Source of the DNA: Planctomycetes bacterium UBA1146
Lineage (GTDB): Bacteria > Planctomycetota > UBA8108 > UBA1146
NCBI GenBank assembly: GCA_963854815.1
Contig: CAWLAN010000002.1
Span: 1-46,433 of the forward strand
Length of the DNA: 46,433 nt
Direction of reading: 5' to 3'
Shown: one piece after another, positions 1 to 7,709 of the stretch
How the letters are laid out: each line of letters opens with the position of its first letter
How positions within the stretch are numbered: position 1 is the stretch's first letter
Position numbers and translations under genes: made by a program
Notes under the pieces: model-generated
What the model was told of the DNA's origin: nothing
What the model saw: only the letters and a program-made list of their open reading frames with translations
The model's database searches: none

Positions 1-2542
1 ATGCTGGTTTGCGCAGGACAAATCCACCCTTGGCTCCGACCGGAACGATGAGCACATTCTTGACCATCTGGGTACGTTGCAGACCGTGTACCTCTGTTCG
101 GTAGTCGGTAGTCCGGTCAGACCACCGCAGACCACCACGTGCCAGAGGTCCGCCACGCAGATGGACTCCTTCGACCTCCGGGTGATGAACAAAGATCTCT
201 CTCCATGGTCTCGGGTAATCGCCCACGGGTAAGGAAACGGAGTCGTACTTGTATGCCTGGAGCGGATCTTGATTGTGATGAAATCTGGTGGTTCTCAGTG
301 TCGACTCGAAGATCCCGAGAACCCTACGAATAAAGATGTCCTGTGCACTGGATCGAACGTCATTGAGAGCGTGAAGGATATCACCTTGAATTTCTTCCGA
401 TTTTGATTTTCTCTCACTCATTTCCAGATCCAGATCCGGGTCGAATCGGATGTGGTAGTACTCCAGTAACTTCTTCGTGATGCCAGCATGTTGGCAGAGA
501 GTCCCCGAGGCAAAAGCGATGGTGGTTGAGACTCCCAGTTGGTGGAGGAAGTGGAGTTGATTTCGGATCAAGTCGACGTCGCGGTGACCGATTCCTACCT
601 CGAGAACGAGTCTATCGAGAAGGTCACTACTACTGGATCCATTGAAGATCGATTCCAGAGCATCGACGACCAGCCCGGATCGCGCCACCAGAGGATGGTC
701 ATCTGTGGTCACGTCATGTACATGGAAGGTATCGATGGTCAGTTTCTCTCCGCTAGATGGAGAGATCTGAAAAGCGTTCTGATCGACAATCTCGAGGCCA
801 AAGTTACCCAGAATCGGCAATGTCGTCGAGAGAAACAGGTTCTTGCACTGATAGATCCTCAAGCGGGCAGAATTCCTGTCACGATCGATCTGGTTTCGAA
901 AAACGCTGAAGGCCATCCCGGACCCATCGGAGGAGCGAATCTGTTCCAGTTTCTCGATATCCCGCACCCCATCGTCGGGGGAATGGCTGATCTGATACCC
1001 CTTTGGAAACGCATCGCGGTAACTGCGAAACAGCGATTCCGCTGCTGAGCCGATGTCGAGATGAAGTTGCCGATGGAGACGATCTGACCAGGATCCGGCG
1101 ACCAGTCGTACCTTCTCCTCGATCTGCTCGGAGGTGACCTCGTGTAACTTGTCGGTAGCAGTGAAGAAGAAAGAAAGCAGTACGGTTCCATGCTTTCCCA
1201 GCTTGACCCGGGAATCGGAATAACTTGCACCCATCAACTCGAACAGGATCTCCTCGATCTTGGATCGTTGTTCCTCGGAATAACCGTCTCGCGAGGTGAT
1301 CAGGAAGTACAACCCCTTACGGCGTTCTTCATCGACGACCAGATGCCCGCGGATCTCCTTCGATCTCTCGACGAAGTGAATCGCCTGGATGACAGCATCG
1401 ATTTCCTCGGATTGCGCCTGGAACAGGAACTCCACCGGTATCGAGTTGAAGGAGTTCTGATAGGCCTTGTAACGCATTCCGCCCCTCGGGAAGGAGTGCT
1501 GTGAAATCACTCGCTCGAATTTGTTGCGCACGTGAGGAATTTGATCTCCGGGGGTCTGGACCGCCTTGAAGGTGAATAGACCCCAGATGTGCACGAACCG
1601 GGTCGAGCTAAGACCCCCCGGCTCTTTCAGAACGATATGGTCGATCTTTCCTTGACGGTGGATGAATGATTCGGCCATGCCCTTGAAGGAGACCAATCGA
1701 TCTATCGGCGGGTTATCGCTTCCGAGTCGTTCGATCGCATGACGAATGACTTCCTCATCCTTTGAATCGGGGCATGGAATCCCGAGTGAAAGATCCTCCT
1801 CGAGAGAGCTGAGGGATTCGTCGGAGCAAGCCCAGCGCTTGACACCGAACAGTACGAAATGATCCTGCAACAACCACTCGAGCAGATTGCGAGTCTGATT
1901 GTAATCTCCCTCGGGATCACCTGCTGCCGAGCGTCGTATGGAACGGATCGAATCACGCAGCACCCCTTTCATGCGCTTGAAATCCTTGACAGTGAGTGCG
2001 GCCATCGAGAGCCTCTCTCGGATCTGCTCCAACAGTTGATCTCGATCTTCCTGTTTCGAGATATCACTGATCTCGAAATGACAGATGATCTCATCCTTGG
2101 CCTTGGCCGCGGTTCCGTCGATGGCCTGTATGGTTCCGTCCCGGTCGCGGATCACAGGAGCACTGGCGGTATGCTTACTGATCACCTCCAGGTGAAAATC
2201 ATCGAGAATCATCTCGAGGGTATCCACGATGAAGGGTTGATCCTTGCAAACTACATCGATGAAGGTGGTATGGGTTTCTTCCTGGGAAGTCTCGTCGGAG
2301 GAGAGGTGAACGAGAATCTCATCTTTTTTCCGCTTGAGAAACAGGTTGAATGTTGTCAGCAGATCTTCTGCAAGAGACCGGAGAACATCCTCGTCATCGA
2401 GTTCATCGAGAACAGAGTCGTACTGTTCCAGAAAATCACGCAGGATCGGTGCCAGGCGATCGTCGGTCAGTCGTGGATCTGAGGGATCCAGAAGTCCGAC
2501 AAGTCGACCGTTCCATCTCTTGCTGGTTCCACTTTCTTGCAT
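1..2542 (-). CDS. gdhB: NAD-specific glutamate dehydrogenase, large bacterial type (Bac_GDH family). Only about 847 N-terminal codons are present; the 3' end runs off the window.
   Basis: The minus-strand frame is open from ATG at 2540-2542 to position 1 with no stop, which explains its absence from the ORF track. My translation starts MQESGTSKRW. Near the window edge it reads RGGLRWSDRTTDYRTEVHGLQRTQMVKNVLIVPVGAKGGFV, the hallmark motif of the large NAD-GDH family. The + strand track ORFs in 139-2482 are antisense shadows of this gene. Confidence 0.85.
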   Translation of the reverse strand, partial: MQESGTSKRWNGRLVGLLDPSDPRLTDDRLAPILRDFLEQYDSVLDELDDEDVLRSLAEDLLTTFNLFLKRKKDEILVHLSSDETSQEETHTTFIDVVCKDQPFIVDTLEMILDDFHLEVISKHTASAPVIRDRDGTIQAIDGTAAKAKDEIICHFEISDISKQEDRDQLLEQIRERLSMAALTVKDFKRMKGVLRDSIRSIRRSAAGDPEGDYNQTRNLLEWLLQDHFVLFGVKRWACSDESLSSLEEDLSLGIPCPDSKDEEVIRHAIERLGSDNPPIDRLVSFKGMAESFIHRQGKIDHIVLKEPGGLSSTRFVHIWGLFTFKAVQTPGDQIPHVRNKFERVISQHSFPRGGMRYKAYQNSFNSIPVEFLFQAQSEEIDAVIQAIHFVERSKEIRGHLVVDEERRKGLYFLITSRDGYSEEQRSKIEEILFELMGASYSDSRVKLGKHGTVLLSFFFTATDKLHEVTSEQIEEKVRLVAGSWSDRLHRQLHLDIGSAAESLFRSYRDAFPKGYQISHSPDDGVRDIEKLEQIRSSDGSGMAFSVFRNQIDRDRNSARLRIYQCKNLFLSTTLPILGNFGLEIVDQNAFQISPSSGEKLTIDTFHVHDVTTDDHPLVARSGLVVDALESIFNGSSSSDLLDRLVLEVGIGHRDVDLIRNQLHFLHQLGVSTTIAFASGTLCQHAGITKKLLEYYHIRFDPDLDLEMSERKSKSEEIQGDILHALNDVRSSAQDIFIRRVLGIFESTLRTTRFHHNQDPLQAYKYDSVSLPVGDYPRPWREIFVHHPEVEGVHLRGGPLARGGLRWSDRTTDYRTEVHGLQRTQMVKNVLIVPVGAKGGFVLRKPA

Positions 2543-2785
2543 CAATAATCCAACCCGGAAGAGAAACTCTCAGAGTGGTCCTGACTCGACACCAGGTCCG
2601 TCACAGAAGCTGCTGATCGCTTTTATCGGTTCGACGCCGTTCGTGGAAGGAAATCTGAACGAAAATCGGCCTGATTCCTGGCTCCATCGAGCACTCCCTT
2701 CTACCCTGAGGGCCCGTCCTCGGCGATTGAACGGCCTTTTCGGGCGGATGGACTGCACCATCAAAACTCTGGCAAAAGGGAAGAA

Positions 2786-3427
2786 ATGATCCCGACCGAC
2801 CCATCCGACTCCCCTGCCACAGGGAAACCGCTCTACCGCCTCGGGGGATGCCTGCTGCTACTTTTGCTGGCGCTGGCACTGGGGGCCTTGATCTCGACCT
2901 GGATGGTCATCAGCGGCGGCTTGCCCACTTCCCCTTTGACTCTACCACCACTTGAAGAAGAGGCAGAACCGAGCTCCTGGATGCAACTCTGGCGCTCTTG
3001 TGGCGGAGAACTCGAGTTGACTCCTGCTCGCTGGAATCAACTCATCGCTGCTCTCATCGAAACGAAGATCGCCGATGGCGAGTTGTTAGCAGGAAGCGGA
3101 ATGAGATTGATTCCTCAACCAGACGGTCCGTTGCACCTCTTTCTCACCCTCGGATTTTCGGAAGATCTGGAGACTGTCCCCTGGCTGTTACGCGGCCGTT
3201 TCGCCAATCTGGAAATCGTCGGGACGGTCAAGATCGTCTCCGGAAGTGTCGCCGAAGCACAACTAGATCTTTATCAGTGGGGCTCCATCTACAAGGGAGA
3301 GAATCTGAGCCAGGAGAAGTCGAGAGAAATCATCACCGATCTGCTCGAGGAACTGGTTCCCATCATCGGTGAAATTCGACATCTGGAGTACGACGGTAAA
3401 GAACTGAGGTTCTCTGCGGCCAAATAA
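2786..3427 (+). CDS. Hypothetical membrane-anchored protein (213 aa)
   Basis: ATG at 2786 is preceded by a purine-rich AAGGGAAG. There is an N-terminal hydrophobic span (LGGCLLLLLLALALGALISTWMVI). I recognise no family. It is convergent with the downstream peptidase gene. Confidence 0.5.
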   Translation: MIPTDPSDSPATGKPLYRLGGCLLLLLLALALGALISTWMVISGGLPTSPLTLPPLEEEAEPSSWMQLWRSCGGELELTPARWNQLIAALIETKIADGELLAGSGMRLIPQPDGPLHLFLTLGFSEDLETVPWLLRGRFANLEIVGTVKIVSGSVAEAQLDLYQWGSIYKGENLSQEKSREIITDLLEELVPIIGEIRHLEYDGKELRFSAAK

Positions 3428-3454
3428 AGCCCGGGCCGAGCGCACTTCAGAAGA

Positions 3455-5596
3455 TCACCAGCGATTTTTAAGAATCTTCTCGAACGAAAAGGCGACCCAC
3501 TCCAGGTCCCCCAACAGTTCGTTGAACTGTGTCTGTTCGAATGATCCTCGGAGTTCATACGCATTGGAGACACCAACCAGGACATAAGAACGATGCTTGA
3601 GCGGTTCTGGTGCCTCTTCAGCCGTGCCTTCCTCGCCGTCATCTGGATCCGGCGGCTCCTGCTGCGAAGATAAGGTCAGTTTTTGCAAGAAACTCTTCGT
3701 GTCTCCTGCTGCGCCATCCTGCTCGGGGTTGTCGGACCCGTCCTGTTCTTCTTCCTTCTTCTCCGGCTCGGGAGGACGGTCGTAGAACTCGAACACATAG
3801 GCCTCCAAGCCACCGAGATCACCAGAGAAGGATCGCACGTCCCGGTACTTCTTGCGCAGAGCTGGAAGCAACTCGGAATCGATCCAGTCCTGGGGACGCT
3901 GCCTTTCCTCTGGTTTGCTGAGGATGCGCACCCGTATCTCGTTTCGGGTCTCGGGAATACGCATCAACACCAGATCGCGATCCTGGATCTCGTCGAGAAC
4001 GTATACCCACTTCTCATCAGGGCGAGAGATGGAGAACATGAAATCCATCGAGACGAAACGATCGCCGTCGACCTCACCGGCAGGATCCGGCTTCAGTGAC
4101 AGGACATATTTCTGCCAGTCGGCTTCCATCTGATCCACATCGCCGAAGTACCGCTCGGCAAGGCTGTTGAATTGCCGTTGACCAACGCGACGCTTCTCTC
4201 CCAGTTTCCAGTAATCGACGAGGAATCGTTGCCCCTTCTTGCTCTCCGGACCATTGATCAGGTAGTGCATCACCGCCCATGAATCGGCGTAGTGAGTGCC
4301 GCTGAATCGATTCCGGGGCAGACCTCCCAGTTTGGAAAGTTGTGTATGGCGACCCTCAGAGATCTTCTCCTGGATGTGGAAGAGGCGATCACGGGGAATC
4401 AGTCCAGTGACCAATCTCTTCTTCTTGTAGTCCAGTTTCGAACCGTCGCCGAAGTAGACCGCCATTCCTTCGATGAACCAGTTCGGATAATTCCCCATAC
4501 GGGCGAGTTTCTTGCCCTGAAAGGCGTGTGTCCCTTCGTGAGCCAGAACCGTGTAGGTGGTTCCCGTCAAACCGAAGGTGCCGTGGTAGGCCACCACATT
4601 TTGGGAATCAGGTTGGTAGAAGCCACCGACGCCACCGCCCATTCCGGTCTTGAGCATGAACTCGTCATGATTGCGGTAGATCTTCACCACCGGCTTCTGC
4701 CTGCGCACATCCGGCGCCTTGAAGATCTTGCCAAGAGTGGAAGAGAGCGCCTCCATGATCCACTGGTAGGTGCGGGCCACCTCGGGGGTGCTGTTACACT
4801 CGATTTGCCAGTTTCTTGACTTGATGACACTACGACGAGGCCAGGGGACCCCCTCATACTCACGACGTTTCCCCTGCTCGAACTTCAGCCGTTCCTCACG
4901 CCTTCTCTCCAGTTCTGTCTCGCGTCGCTTTTGCTCCTTGGGAGAGAGCTTCCCGATTACTGATTCCGGAGTCGAGATTCTTCCTGGCCTGGTCGAATCA
5001 GGCTTCGGCGAGGAGGCCTCTGGCTTGTTCGGCTCGGGCTTCTTCGGTCCAACGGGAGCTCCCGGCCGCGGCGGCAGCAGGTTTGCACCATCACGACGCC
5101 ATCCCTTATCGACGAGGGCGGCAACTTCTTCAGGATTCTTCCATTCTCCTTCGACCTTGCCCCAACCGACTGCGATCTTCGATGGTTCATGTTCCGGATC
5201 GATCTCGAGAGCACTCTGAAAGGCACTTCGTGCCTTGTCCTCGAGCCCTCTCTCCTGCGCCCACACACCCAGGGAGTACCATCCGGCCGCTGAACCACGT
5301 CGAAGGGCTCGCTTCTGCCGTTGATTGAACTCTCTGCGATCTACTTCATCACCCCGGATGATGGACTCGACTCGATCCATCTCGATGGAGGTAACTCCAA
5401 AGACGCTCTTCACCGAGATCCTCTGTGCGTTCTCCTCGACCAGTTCTCCGATCACCTCGCTCCCATCCTTGAGAACAACGATGATCCTCTCACCGGCAAC
5501 GAGGCTAACTGGTGCCATCGACCAGGATGGAGAAAACGCCAGCACGGGAAAACCCACGACGAAAAAACTCAGTAACAGCAAAATGGTCCATCTCAT
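3455..5596 (-). CDS. Secreted DUF1570-family (MA-clan-like) zinc metallopeptidase with an N-terminal beta domain and a TPR-like segment (713 aa)
   Basis: The track ORF 3455..5782 is over-extended. The internal ATG at 5594-5596 gives MRWTILLLLSFFVVGFPVLAFS (signal peptide) and lies 10 nt after the upstream gene's stop (5607). Motifs LAHEGTHAFQG and NWFIEGMAVYFGDGS match the DUF1570 HExxH-plus-downstream-Glu pattern. It is a paralogue of the adjacent gene. Confidence 0.8.
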   Translation of the reverse strand: MRWTILLLLSFFVVGFPVLAFSPSWSMAPVSLVAGERIIVVLKDGSEVIGELVEENAQRISVKSVFGVTSIEMDRVESIIRGDEVDRREFNQRQKRALRRGSAAGWYSLGVWAQERGLEDKARSAFQSALEIDPEHEPSKIAVGWGKVEGEWKNPEEVAALVDKGWRRDGANLLPPRPGAPVGPKKPEPNKPEASSPKPDSTRPGRISTPESVIGKLSPKEQKRRETELERRREERLKFEQGKRREYEGVPWPRRSVIKSRNWQIECNSTPEVARTYQWIMEALSSTLGKIFKAPDVRRQKPVVKIYRNHDEFMLKTGMGGGVGGFYQPDSQNVVAYHGTFGLTGTTYTVLAHEGTHAFQGKKLARMGNYPNWFIEGMAVYFGDGSKLDYKKKRLVTGLIPRDRLFHIQEKISEGRHTQLSKLGGLPRNRFSGTHYADSWAVMHYLINGPESKKGQRFLVDYWKLGEKRRVGQRQFNSLAERYFGDVDQMEADWQKYVLSLKPDPAGEVDGDRFVSMDFMFSISRPDEKWVYVLDEIQDRDLVLMRIPETRNEIRVRILSKPEERQRPQDWIDSELLPALRKKYRDVRSFSGDLGGLEAYVFEFYDRPPEPEKKEEEQDGSDNPEQDGAAGDTKSFLQKLTLSSQQEPPDPDDGEEGTAEEAPEPLKHRSYVLVGVSNAYELRGSFEQTQFNELLGDLEWVAFSFEKILKNRW

Positions 5597-5606
5597 CGAG
5601 GGAACC

Positions 5607-7559
5607 TCATTCGGTATTCCGGAATTTATCTGCGTACTCCTCGAAAAATTTCCTGGAGTCCTCGAACTCGTCTGCATCGCACTCCAACACGTTACCGTAG
5701 ATCTTGTCGGGAGATCCGAAGAAACCGATGGCGAAACGCTTCTGTGATCCCAACTCGGGTTCGTTGTTGGCACCCTGGCCAATCACTCTCTTGCCATCGA
5801 ACACCGCCACAACCATCGGGTTTCCCCCCATTTGCTTGCTTTCGATCTCCTCGATGAAAACCATGTCTCGGAAGATGTTATTGAGCAGCGAACGAGCATA
5901 TTCCTCACTCAGTTCCGCATGTTGCCAGTTGGGCCAGCAATATGTGGATATACGCTTCTTGGAAGATCCACCACTGATGGACGAAACCACTTCATCGGAG
6001 TGAAGATCGCCCAGCTTCTGCCAGCGCCAGCCTGCAGGTTTGGTGATCTCCATCTTGAGTTCCTCACTGCTGAAGACCCGGCCTCGTTTACGACCGATTT
6101 CCTTGACCGGAAGCCCCAGGATCCACTCCTTGTAGTCGGTTTCCCACTCTTCGATGCTCTTACCGGTATGCATCGTGATGAGGCCCTCGAAGAACTGGGC
6201 TTCCTGCTCGTAATTGCAAGGGCCTTCGAGTTTCTGGCAGTGCAGTCCCCAATCAGTCATGATCTTGACGCCGGTATTGTCTTTTTTGGTCCATGCACCA
6301 TGCTCGTGACCGTACAGACACCAGTACAGAACACCCCAGGCATGGCCGTAGAAGAAACCGCCGAAACGGGAGTGAGGCACCCGGAGCAACTTCCGAATAT
6401 CGCAGTAGTTTCCGTCCTCGATGGCCTGCTTCAATCCGACCAACCGATCGCGCGGAATCTCATTGATCCCGATCTTGCGACGACTGATATCCGATCCATC
6501 GCCGAAATAAACCGCGAGCCCCTCGACGAACCAGATGGGTAACGAGGGAAGCGATTTGAAGATCATCCCTTCGAACTGATGCGTGCCCTCATGTGCCAGC
6601 ACTTCCTCGGTACTGCCGGTGGTGCCGAAGGAACCGTGGAATACGGTCACGTCCTGGCGCAGCATGTTGTAAAAACCACCGATTCCAGGCCCATTGCCGG
6701 TCCAGTCCATGAACTGCTGGTGGTTGGCGTGGATGTAGACCTCACTGCGGGCAAATTTCTTGAACTTGCGCGGCCAGAACTCCTCCTTGAACACCTTGTC
6801 ATAGGCGCGGTAGAGCGACTCCATGACATCCGAGTAATACCTGGCATTGTCCTCGGTCGAGTTGCAGTAGACGACGTAATGCGGGGTGATGATTGGCTCC
6901 ATCTCTGCCCACGGGCGTCCCTTCAACTCCTCGATGTAAGCATCACGGCCCTTGAGCGATTCCTTGCGCATGGCCGTTGATTCTTCCTCCTGGCGCGCTT
7001 CGATCTGCTCCGGGGTGAGCCACTCTCCGCCGTAGAATTCCTTCCCCTGCGCTCGCATCGCTTCCTCGAGGGGCATCCACTTTCCTTCATGGAGAACCTC
7101 ACCGAGGGCATCTCGGGCGTGCTTGTTGGATGGGTCCAGTTCTGTGGCCTTGCGCCAGGCCTGTTCGGCAAGAGAGTTCTCTGATTGCTCGGTTGCCCAG
7201 TCGCCCAGATCACACCATTGTTCGGCAGTCTTGCACTGCTCGGCCCGTTCATCGAATTGCTCGGAGATGGTTTTGAAACGTTCCCATTCGAGAACATCGG
7301 AACGATCGATCCGGGCCGTGCCGAACCTGTGCTTGACGGAGATGATCTGTCCGACCTTCTCCACCACTTCCCCTTCATATCTGCCGCCCCGACGTAGCGT
7401 GACTCGAATCCGATCGCCGACCTTGATCGAATCGAAGTCATCGGCCACTGGGGCCGACTGGGTCGAATTTTCCAGTGACAAGACGGGAATCGAGCCAGCC
7501 GCCAGAACCAATGCGGCCAGAGGGATCGTCAACAGCAGCAAGAAACACCTCGAACGCAT
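5607..7559 (-). CDS. Secreted DUF1570-family zinc metallopeptidase, paralogue of 3455..5596 (650 aa)
   Basis: ATG at 7557-7559 has AGGAG 6 nt upstream. The signal peptide is MRSRCFLLLLTIPLAALVLAAGS. Motifs are LAHEGTHQFEG and IWFVEGLAVYFGDGS. The N-terminal architecture matches its neighbour: an SH3/KOW-like beta segment followed by a TPR-like A..W.KA.ELDP segment. Confidence 0.85.
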   Translation of the reverse strand: MRSRCFLLLLTIPLAALVLAAGSIPVLSLENSTQSAPVADDFDSIKVGDRIRVTLRRGGRYEGEVVEKVGQIISVKHRFGTARIDRSDVLEWERFKTISEQFDERAEQCKTAEQWCDLGDWATEQSENSLAEQAWRKATELDPSNKHARDALGEVLHEGKWMPLEEAMRAQGKEFYGGEWLTPEQIEARQEEESTAMRKESLKGRDAYIEELKGRPWAEMEPIITPHYVVYCNSTEDNARYYSDVMESLYRAYDKVFKEEFWPRKFKKFARSEVYIHANHQQFMDWTGNGPGIGGFYNMLRQDVTVFHGSFGTTGSTEEVLAHEGTHQFEGMIFKSLPSLPIWFVEGLAVYFGDGSDISRRKIGINEIPRDRLVGLKQAIEDGNYCDIRKLLRVPHSRFGGFFYGHAWGVLYWCLYGHEHGAWTKKDNTGVKIMTDWGLHCQKLEGPCNYEQEAQFFEGLITMHTGKSIEEWETDYKEWILGLPVKEIGRKRGRVFSSEELKMEITKPAGWRWQKLGDLHSDEVVSSISGGSSKKRISTYCWPNWQHAELSEEYARSLLNNIFRDMVFIEEIESKQMGGNPMVVAVFDGKRVIGQGANNEPELGSQKRFAIGFFGSPDKIYGNVLECDADEFEDSRKFFEEYADKFRNTE

Positions 7560-7605
7560 CGAATTCTCCTAACGACTGTCAATCCAGATGACGAACTCCC
7601 GCCAT

Positions 7606-7625
7606 CGACAGACCCCGACAGACCC
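7606..7625. repeat. Perfect tandem direct repeat, 2 x 10 nt (CGACAGACCC), in the intergenic region upstream of the DUF1570 pair
   Basis: Read directly as cgacagaccc|cgacagaccc, followed by a partial cga. It lies 47-66 nt upstream of the ATG at 7559. Confidence 0.9.
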
Positions 7626-7709
7626 CGAATGACGCCACGGATGCGAGGTATCGGCGGTGACCACGAGTCTAGGTGGCCCGAGCAATTGGGGCAAGGTGAG
7701 CCCGTAGCG

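Noticed and set aside
139-2482. Plus-strand track ORFs (139-333, 539-1048, 1190-1504, 1859-2482 and others) at the left end
   Set aside because: The minus strand is open across the whole interval and encodes a recognisable large NAD-glutamate dehydrogenase N-terminal region. The + strand ORFs start at TTG/GTG in some cases and show no family features.
3455-5782. N-terminally extended versions of track ORFs. Examples are 3455-5782, 16354-18003, 17835-20504, 23839-25737, 25841-26710, 28399-29520, 29438-32203, 32120-33238, 38560-40488, 42358-43260 and 44462-45964.
   Set aside because: The extensions overlap upstream genes or lack SD motifs. Internal starts give canonical signal peptides or lipoboxes with GGAGG-type SD motifs at 5-9 nt. 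I therefore used the shorter coordinates.
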